Program-made: the position numbers and the translations under genes
Notes under the pieces: generated by a model
Told to the model about the DNA's origin: nothing
Database searches by the model: none
Seen by the model: the letters and a program-made list of their open reading frames with translations, nothing else
Source: an uncultured Bacilli bacterium
GTDB taxonomy: Bacteria > Bacillota_I > Bacilli_A > RFN20 > CAG-288
Direction: 5' to 3'
DNA length: 64,000 nucleotides
Assembly: GCA_934725685.1 (NCBI GenBank)
Contig: CAKVBX010000004.1
Coordinates: 7,353 to 71,352 of the forward strand
Shown here: piece by piece, positions 9,311 through 15,758 of the stretch
Numbering within the stretch: the stretch's first letter is position 1
Layout of the letters: each line of letters begins with the position of its first letter

Positions 9311-9339
9311 AATATATCATATAATTTATATCGTTTCAA
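9311..9339 (-). promoter_or_regulatory. Putative sigma-A promoter of the rpsB-tsf operon
   Basis: On the minus strand, TTGAAA (comp. 9334-9339), a 17-nt spacer, then TATATT (comp. 9311-9316). This implies a 5' UTR of roughly 160 nt. Confidence 0.5.
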
Positions 9340-9360
9340 TTGCAATTTTCTATTTTGTTC

Positions 9361-9389
9361 TTGATTTTTGTCGATGATTCCGCTATAGT
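9361..9389 (+). promoter_or_regulatory. Putative sigma-A promoter of tRNA-Glu
   Basis: TTGATT (9361-9366), a 17-nt spacer, then TATAGT (9384-9389), 12 nt before the tRNA 5' end. Confidence 0.6.
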
Positions 9390-9401
9390 GTTTAAGCTTT
9401 T

Positions 9402-9478
9402 GGCCTCATCGACAAGCGGCTTAAGTCTCAGCCCTCTCAAGGCTGCATTCACGGGTTCGAATCCCGTTGAGGTCACCA
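9402..9478 (+). tRNA. tRNA-Glu (anticodon CUC), CCA encoded
   Basis: Hand-folded cloverleaf. Acceptor is GGCCTCA/TGAGGTC, with a 3-bp D stem and an AAGCGGCTTAA loop as in Bacillus tRNA-Glu. Anticodon stem is CAGCC/GGCTG with loop CT-CTC-AA. T arm is ACGGG-TTCGAAT-CCCGT, followed by discriminator A and CCA. Confidence 0.85.
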
Positions 9479-9490
9479 TCTAGAAACATC

Positions 9491-9520
9491 GACACTCTTG
9501 GAACTCCAAGAGTGTCTTTT
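9491..9520 (+). terminator. Rho-independent terminator after tRNA-Glu
   Basis: GACACTCTTGG-AACT-CCAAGAGTGTC followed by TTTT. Confidence 0.85.
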
Positions 9521-9620
9521 GGTTACTCCGTTTTCTGCCCGGTTCTATCTTGTTATTTTCTTGTTGTTCTATTAAATCGTCTTGTCTTCAATCTAAAAAA
9601 AGAATATAGTTTCTTCTTTT

Positions 9621-9719
9621 TGATAATGATTTCTTTAAAAAAATGATAATGATAAAAAGCCTTAGTTATCGGTATATTTCAGAATTTGTGCCAAAATATT
9701 GTTCAATTTTGATAATGAT
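9621..9719. repeat. Three exact copies of TGATAATGAT (Fur-box-like GATAAT hexamer arrays) in an AT-rich orphan spacer
   Basis: Copies lie at 9621-9630, 9644-9653 and 9710-9719. Copies 1 and 3 share the extended context TTTTGATAATGAT(GAT)TTCT. Confidence 0.6.
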
Positions 9720-9735
9720 GATTTCTGAGTTTTCC

Positions 9736-10083
9736 TCAACCGATTGTATGGTCGATAAACGGTTTTACATTGGAATGAACAATGACCTCAGTATCAGGGA
9801 ACGTTAAAGTCTCTCCATTGACAACAAGAGTCAGTTTCCCGTCCTTGTAGGATTGTTCATTTACAAGAATTGAACCCTCGAAATCATGAGCAATCTTAAT
9901 TCCACGGAAGACAAACTCATGGGAAAGGGTCATGTCAAATTCAGTTCTGACATGATTGCCGCCTTCAAACAGCATCTGAAAATCCACATTCAGAAAGAAG
10001 GCGAGACCTTCCTCTGTGTTTCTTATGGCAGAGACTTCCGTTTCCGGAAGAGAATAGAACTCCGCAAAAGACTTCGTCGTCAT
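9736..10083 (-). CDS. Hypothetical protein (115 aa), last gene of the hydrolase-glxK operon
   Basis: The ORF starts 4 nt after the glxK stop. Codon usage resembles its neighbours. I recognise no motif. Confidence 0.5.
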   Translation of the reverse strand: MTTKSFAEFYSLPETEVSAIRNTEEGLAFFLNVDFQMLFEGGNHVRTEFDMTLSHEFVFRGIKIAHDFEGSILVNEQSYKDGKLTLVVNGETLTFPDTEVIVHSNVKPFIDHTIG

Positions 10084-10086
10084 AAT

Positions 10087-11226
10087 TCACTTCTTCATTT
10101 CTACACCGAGCCGGACTAACGACAGTGCATTGAGACAGGAATGATAGTAGAAGACACCGGCCTGTCTCTTCATCTGTTCGAAGTGGACGGAGTTGCGGCC
10201 CGTTGTCACAATTGCGGAAAGTCCCCTAGACAGAAGTTTTTCTCCGTCCCGATCTGCAGCACCGCAGATTGCGACCACCGGAATTTCCTTTGCCTTCGCC
10301 CTCTTAAGGATTCCGGCGACAACCTTGCCTTCCAAGGTCTGTGCATCGACCTTGCCTTCTCCCGTGAAGACAATATCCACTCCTTCGAGACGCTGATTGA
10401 AATGAATGCGGTCAAGATAGAAATCGATGCCGCTCACAAGTTTCCCCTTCAGGAAGGAAAGAATGCCTCCTCCGATTCCGCCGGCAGCGCCGGCTCCCTT
10501 CGTCTCGGCGACAGAACAATATCCTTTCCGAAGAAGGAAAGAATGGAAGGCTGTCATCTTCTTTTCCAGTGTTCTTGTTCCGCTGATATCGGTCCCCTTC
10601 TGTTTTGAAAACATCAAAGAACATCCATGCTTCCCAAGCAAAGGGGCATCGACATCATAGAGGCCGATGAATTCAACACCCTTAGCATTTTCTTTTAAAT
10701 TGGTATCATCGATATCCATTATCTGATCCAGCGTTCCACCGGTCGGAAGAAACTCATCCCCTTCCTGATTGAAACACTTGAGACCCATGGCGACCAATAG
10801 ACCGATACCGAAGTCATTGGTGGAAGTGCCCCCTAAAGCAAGATAAATCTTCTTGCATCCTTTTCTGATGGCATCGAGCAGAAGGACACCGACGCCATAG
10901 GAAGTCGTAAGAAACGGATTCCGTTCTTTGGGGTCGGCTATGAAAAGACAGCTGGCGCACTCTAAATAGGCCTCTCCGTTTCCGTCGATCTCATAGGAGG
11001 CCACAATCGGTTTATGGTTGGCATCGAAGGTCTCCACTTCGACCCTCGTCCCCTTCTCAAGATAGAAAAGTGCCGAAAGGAATCCGTCTCCGCCATCGGA
11101 GACCGGAACCTTGACGACTTCCGTCTCCGGAAAGACCTTCTTCGAAGCCTGGGCAAAGAGGTTCATCGTATCGAAGGTCGACAAGGTTCCTTTAAAGGAA
11201 TCCGAAGCAATCAGAAATTTACTCAT
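10087..11226 (-). CDS. glxK: Glycerate kinase
   Basis: N-terminus KFLIASDSFKGTLS..., DGGDG, and GxGAAGGIGGG near residue 250, with C-terminal VFTGEGKVDAQT..GKV. All are typical of the GlxK/GarK family. Confidence 0.85.
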   Translation of the reverse strand: MSKFLIASDSFKGTLSTFDTMNLFAQASKKVFPETEVVKVPVSDGGDGFLSALFYLEKGTRVEVETFDANHKPIVASYEIDGNGEAYLECASCLFIADPKERNPFLTTSYGVGVLLLDAIRKGCKKIYLALGGTSTNDFGIGLLVAMGLKCFNQEGDEFLPTGGTLDQIMDIDDTNLKENAKGVEFIGLYDVDAPLLGKHGCSLMFSKQKGTDISGTRTLEKKMTAFHSFLLRKGYCSVAETKGAGAAGGIGGGILSFLKGKLVSGIDFYLDRIHFNQRLEGVDIVFTGEGKVDAQTLEGKVVAGILKRAKAKEIPVVAICGAADRDGEKLLSRGLSAIVTTGRNSVHFEQMKRQAGVFYYHSCLNALSLVRLGVEMKK

Positions 11227-12160
11227 GCATCGATTCCACCTTTCTTACAAATTCAGAAAGAACTTCCTCATAACGGACGGGGTCACTCTGTGCGGAGCAG
11301 GCATGCTCGGCACCGGGGAAGAGATATTTCACTTTGTATCCGGAAAACGCCTGATAGATATCTTCCGAATGGTCGTTGGGAATGAAGGCATCCCCTTCTC
11401 CGTGAGCGACAAAGAGCGGAATCTCGCAGCCCTTGATATAGGTGATTGGAGATGCCTCTTTCATATGGTATCCGTGGAACAGCTTCATATAGAAGTCACA
11501 CATAGGAAGGAAGAAGGGGGAAAGGTGCATCTGATGGCGGATCAGATAGCCGAAGAGCTTTCTAATAGAGCTATATCCACAGTCCTCTGCAAGGAAATCG
11601 ATGTTATCCTGATACTGCACCACCTGAAGAATGGTGGCGGCCCCCATGCTTTCGCCCTGAAGGCCGAGGAAGATATCCTCCCCATAGTTCTTTCTGATAT
11701 AGGCGATGATTTCGTGAAGATCGTGGGCTTCCTTATATCCCATGGTGACATCCTTGTGGATGTTGTCTCCATGGCTTCGGTGATCGTAGAGAACGATGCT
11801 GTAACCGAGGCGATAGAACATCATGGCATATTTCAAGGAGCATTCGCGATTGACGGAATAACCATGACAGAGGATGACGAACTTCTTTCCGTCTCCGTTC
11901 AGGGAGATGTCACCATGGATTTCGTATCCGTCTTCCATCTTCAAGGAAAAAGGCTTACGCTCCAACGCCTCTTCCCCTTCCAATAGTCCATGCTCTTTTT
12001 CTGCCTTATGGGATTCTTCTCTCGTATAGCGTTTCGGATAGGACATATACCGGACTAAGAACATCGGAATTATCACAAAACAGACAAGCAATGCCAATCC
12101 TAGGATGACAGCTAAGACAATCAATAAAATGTAATACCAGGCCATAGACAAGTTCCTCAC
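11219..12160 (-). CDS. Membrane-anchored alpha/beta hydrolase (serine hydrolase)
   Basis: N-terminal TM helix (WYYILLIVLAVILGLALLVCFVIIPMF), HG oxyanion (ILCHGYS), nucleophile elbow GESMGA, and late D/H residues. It overlaps the glxK start by 8 nt. Confidence 0.7.
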   Translation of the reverse strand: MRNLSMAWYYILLIVLAVILGLALLVCFVIIPMFLVRYMSYPKRYTREESHKAEKEHGLLEGEEALERKPFSLKMEDGYEIHGDISLNGDGKKFVILCHGYSVNRECSLKYAMMFYRLGYSIVLYDHRSHGDNIHKDVTMGYKEAHDLHEIIAYIRKNYGEDIFLGLQGESMGAATILQVVQYQDNIDFLAEDCGYSSIRKLFGYLIRHQMHLSPFFLPMCDFYMKLFHGYHMKEASPITYIKGCEIPLFVAHGEGDAFIPNDHSEDIYQAFSGYKVKYLFPGAEHACSAQSDPVRYEEVLSEFVRKVESMHE

Positions 12161-12325
12161 TGAGGATAGTTTAAGGCCCGAAAGCAGAAAAGAGAAGTGA
12201 AAATTCAGGAATAGGTTCCCTTAGAAGCAACAATGGATAGTTCTTTCCGTGATGTCCCGTTTTGATAATCGCATCAACTTCTAGAAGAAGTTGGAACACA
12301 TTCCGTTTTCTTTCTCTTTTAAAAC

Positions 12326-12365
12326 GAAAAAGTGCTGTCATCCTTAAGGACACAGCACTTTTCCG
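12326..12365 (-). terminator. Rho-independent terminator downstream of alsD
   Basis: AGTGCTGTCATCC-TTAA-GGACACAGCACT is an imperfect stem. A T-run follows on the minus strand (complement of CGAAAAA). Confidence 0.7.
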
Positions 12366-12447
12366 TTATTCAGAAAGGTGATTTTCTGATATTCCTTCCA
12401 TCTCAGGGAGAGAAATTCTATTTTCTTTCCGAAAAATCGGAAACGGA

Positions 12448-13164
12448 TTACTTCTTGGAAGAACCTTCGACAGCTTTCGTCTTCTCGCGGAGATCTTCTG
12501 TGAGATTCCAGCTAGAGAATCCTTCGGTGTGCGGCAAATAGACGTTCCATCCGTTGAGTTCGTTGAGCTTAAAGGAAACGTTCTTGCCTGAGACCTTGAG
12601 GATATGTCCACCCTTGGAAAGATCCTTGCTGAGGAAGTGGATATGCCAGCCCGGAAGGTTCATGCCCTCGACATAGTTCGGACAATAGACACCGATGACA
12701 TAGCCTTCAATCTCCTCATAACCGAACTCTCTCTGATCCTTGGCAACCTTATAAAGCGGTTCATAAGGTTCTTCCTGTCTGAAGCAGGAACGGACACGGA
12801 CGGAGAAAGTCCCTTCCATCTTGATCATATAGAAGTAGTTATGGGAAGGAAGATAAGCTTCCATCTCCTTCTTGAATCCTTCGATATCATCAAAGGAGAC
12901 CTGGTGTTCTTCGGCACTCTCATCGAAATGGCAGACGGTGGAGAAAGGAAGTCTGTCGTCATCCTTCATCGGATAGACTTTGCCGTCAGCTCTGCCGTTA
13001 TAGGCTTTGCCACCGAAGATGATGGCTTCTCCATCAAGTCCGTGGTAGGTACCGATACCAATATTGCCTTCCTTGAGAAGGTCCTTCACGGTGACTTCCC
13101 CGTGATAATCCCCCATCATCAGACTGTTCAGCGTACCGACCTGGAATAACTTGTTTTCTTTCAT
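12448..13164 (-). CDS. alsD: Alpha-acetolactate decarboxylase
   Basis: LFQVGTLNSLMMGDYHGEVTVKDLLKEGNIGIGTYHGLDGEAIIFGGKAY... and GWHIHFLS are classic ALDC motifs. Confidence 0.9.
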   Translation of the reverse strand: MKENKLFQVGTLNSLMMGDYHGEVTVKDLLKEGNIGIGTYHGLDGEAIIFGGKAYNGRADGKVYPMKDDDRLPFSTVCHFDESAEEHQVSFDDIEGFKKEMEAYLPSHNYFYMIKMEGTFSVRVRSCFRQEEPYEPLYKVAKDQREFGYEEIEGYVIGVYCPNYVEGMNLPGWHIHFLSKDLSKGGHILKVSGKNVSFKLNELNGWNVYLPHTEGFSSWNLTEDLREKTKAVEGSSKK

Positions 13165-13175
13165 GGTATAACCTC

Positions 13176-14414
13176 CTAGTTTTCCTTTCCTTCGTTTTCC
13201 CTTTGGGAATTATGATGGAATATCTTCTTGTACATTTCATGATTGTGATGATGCGTATGGTAAATGCCGTTTTCATCATACACCGCTTCGAGAAGTTCCG
13301 GATGGGATTGAGAGAAGACTCTCTTCGGATCTTCCATCTTATCCTTCTGGTGAGACTTGAAGTAGAAGTTCATTACCCACTTGGTGAAGAACGGATCGAG
13401 AATGTTGGTGATGAGAAGGACAACGGCAAGAATCAGAACCGCATCGGAAGCGAGATCCTGCGTATAGGTGATACCGCCGAAGCTGTATCCGACAAACATG
13501 GCAGGAATGGATAAAGAGACACCGGCAAGGGAAGCGGAACCGACGGAAGCATAGCCCGGTCTCTTTAAGGCAAAGCGGTCGACAACATACGGAATGATCA
13601 GCGTTACCGCCCAGAAAATTAGGGTGAGGACGATGGCGGCAATCCAGACCTTGCCATCGGAGAAAGCCTTGGCGAGGTTGATGGTGGAACCGAACTGGAA
13701 ACCTAAGAACGGAAGAAGAATCGTATTGCCGCCCTTGAAGACCTCACGAATCTTCGAATCGAGGTTTCCGAGGAGGAAGCCGAGAAGGAACGGTAAGAGC
13801 AAGGAGATAATCTGCATAATCTTGCTGAGCATTCCCGCATCGCCGGCGCTCGTACCGAGTGCGGAGATAACGATGAAAGGAAGCAGCGGCATGGAGAGGA
13901 TCAGCATAATCGGGAAGGTTGCGCGGTCGGAGTTATCGGCATAGGGAGGGATGATTCCCATGTAGAGGGCAGCATTGGCACTGGTGACACAGACACAGAA
14001 GGTGACAGGATCGATGCCCAAGAATCCCTGCGGACAGAAGAGGAAGACAAGGACAGAGAGGATATAGGCGGGTAAAAGTCTGGCCAAGATGATCCGGATG
14101 CCCCGCTTGAAGACATCGACGAAGTCATGCGGCTTGATCATGGTTCCGGTGCAGAAGAGCATCAGACCGATGATGAGCATCTGTCCGGTCTTACCGAAGA
14201 GATCCTTCATCGGGTTGCCGAGGAATTCATAGAGGGTGAGACCTTCTCCCGGCTTCCCGGTGCCGAGTCCACAGGCGATGCAGATGGAGCAGATGATGGC
14301 ATTGAGAACTAACGGAACGAACATCGTTCCGGCAGGAATCTTGTTCAGGAATTTCCAGATACCGATTCCTTGAAATGGTTTCTTTTCTTTTTTGTTTTGA
14401 TTTTCGTTTTCCAT
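13176..14414 (-). CDS. KdgT-family (2-keto-3-deoxygluconate permease-like) transporter with extended termini
   Basis: IPAGTMFVPLVLNAIIC... start, a polytopic profile and TSANAALYMG resemble KdgT. It has extra N-terminal (MENENQNKKEKK) and His-rich C-terminal (YHTHHHNHEMYKKIFHHNSQ) tails. Confidence 0.55.
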   Translation of the reverse strand: MENENQNKKEKKPFQGIGIWKFLNKIPAGTMFVPLVLNAIICSICIACGLGTGKPGEGLTLYEFLGNPMKDLFGKTGQMLIIGLMLFCTGTMIKPHDFVDVFKRGIRIILARLLPAYILSVLVFLFCPQGFLGIDPVTFCVCVTSANAALYMGIIPPYADNSDRATFPIMLILSMPLLPFIVISALGTSAGDAGMLSKIMQIISLLLPFLLGFLLGNLDSKIREVFKGGNTILLPFLGFQFGSTINLAKAFSDGKVWIAAIVLTLIFWAVTLIIPYVVDRFALKRPGYASVGSASLAGVSLSIPAMFVGYSFGGITYTQDLASDAVLILAVVLLITNILDPFFTKWVMNFYFKSHQKDKMEDPKRVFSQSHPELLEAVYDENGIYHTHHHNHEMYKKIFHHNSQRENEGKEN

Positions 14415-14549
14415 AAATGAATTGATAGTTTTTCTGTTCTTCCCGACCGGTCTTAGAAAGAACGCAAAAGATTGTATTCCACTGATTGGTTGAAAAGTAG
14501 AGTCCTTGGTGCTAAAATTTCGGTATGTTTTTGTGCTAGGAGACTAAAT

Positions 14550-15722
14550 ATGGACTTGTACCAGAAAATGTTGACCTTCGAAGAGAATGCCAAGGACCTA
14601 CCCGATCTGTTACGGGAATTCTATGAGCTCATCCCCTCTCCGATGGCCGTCATCGACGAGAACTACGATATCGTCGCCCACTTTGTCCTCAATGAGACGA
14701 CGGCAGACTCCCTTTATAACGATACGATGAAAGTCGGCCACTGGAACGTAGAGATCATCAACGAAGTCCTCGAAAGATTTGAAAAAGAACAAAAGGACAC
14801 CGTCCTTCACATCTTCGACGGCAGGAAGCGTCTCTTCTATCGGATTAGAAAAGAGGCGGCCGTGCTTGGCTATCTCGTCCTAATCGAGACGGTTCAGCCG
14901 CTCGAGGAGATCGACGGAGAACTCCTCTATCATTTCGGAAGGCTGATTGCCAAAGAACTCACCGGCCACAGAAAAGAGGAGACCCGTTCGAAGAAGACCA
15001 GTTTTCTCTCCTCTCTGCTCGGCTCCTCCTTTGCAAGCAGGGACGTGATGGAGAAAAAAAGGGAGACGGAACACATCGATATCCAAACGATTTCCTCGCT
15101 TCTACTTCTTTCCATGCATGGACTCTCAGCCAACCGTTACCGCCTTTTCGAGCAAGACCTCTCCTCCAAGTTTCCGGATGCCACCATCCTCTACCGGGAA
15201 AAATTCGTTCTTCTTTTCGCCCCATCCCTGAAAGAAGACGAGATGCTTTACTTCCTCGAAAAATATCATGTTCATGCCCTCTATCTTAAGGCAATCACAG
15301 ATTTTTTCCTCCTTCCCTTCCTTTATCAGTGTGCGAAGAACCTCCTCACCTATCTTTCCTGGAAAAAGAAAGAGGATCTTCTGTTCTATGAAGAACAATA
15401 CCGTTTTCTCTTCCCTCTGCTCGGTTATGAGAAGAGAGAAGAGCTCGCGCTGATGGTGCTTCCGGAAATCAAAACACTCCACGACTATGACAGAGAACAC
15501 AGCAAGGACTACTGTAAGACCCTGCTTGTCTATCTCGAAAAGGGGCGTTCCCTCAAGGAAGCCTGTCACACCTTGAATTACCACAAGAACACCATCACCT
15601 ATCGGCTGAACCAGATGAAGGAGAAGTTCGCCGTGGACGCCTTCGATTCCAGGCAATCCCTCTCCTATACCGTCTCCCTTCTAATCCTCGATTACCTCTC
15701 CATGACGGGAACGGAGAATTAG
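14550..15722 (+). CDS. PucR/CdaR-family transcriptional regulator
   Basis: C-terminal PucR-type HTH (SLKEACHTLNYHKNTITYRLNQMKEKF). I place the start at MDLYQKML (ATG 14550), preceded by AGGAG. The ORF track begins at an upstream TTG (14472). Confidence 0.7.
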   Translation: MDLYQKMLTFEENAKDLPDLLREFYELIPSPMAVIDENYDIVAHFVLNETTADSLYNDTMKVGHWNVEIINEVLERFEKEQKDTVLHIFDGRKRLFYRIRKEAAVLGYLVLIETVQPLEEIDGELLYHFGRLIAKELTGHRKEETRSKKTSFLSSLLGSSFASRDVMEKKRETEHIDIQTISSLLLLSMHGLSANRYRLFEQDLSSKFPDATILYREKFVLLFAPSLKEDEMLYFLEKYHVHALYLKAITDFFLLPFLYQCAKNLLTYLSWKKKEDLLFYEEQYRFLFPLLGYEKREELALMVLPEIKTLHDYDREHSKDYCKTLLVYLEKGRSLKEACHTLNYHKNTITYRLNQMKEKFAVDAFDSRQSLSYTVSLLILDYLSMTGTEN

Positions 15723-15758
15723 CGACAAAACACAGGGAAAAGCGGATATAATATAGGC

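Noticed and set aside
9644-9802. A 52-codon plus-strand ORF starting at the ATG inside the second TGATAATGAT copy.
   Set aside because: It has no SD. It overlaps the 3' end of the convergent 115-aa gene. It is probably a chance ORF in AT-rich DNA.
12171-12353. A 60-aa minus-strand ORF upstream of the hydrolase operon, and the small palindrome CAACTTC-TAGAA-GAAGTTG (12274-12292).
   Set aside because: The ORF begins within the alsD terminator hairpin and has no SD. The palindrome is only 7 bp with no flanking T-run or known operator similarity.
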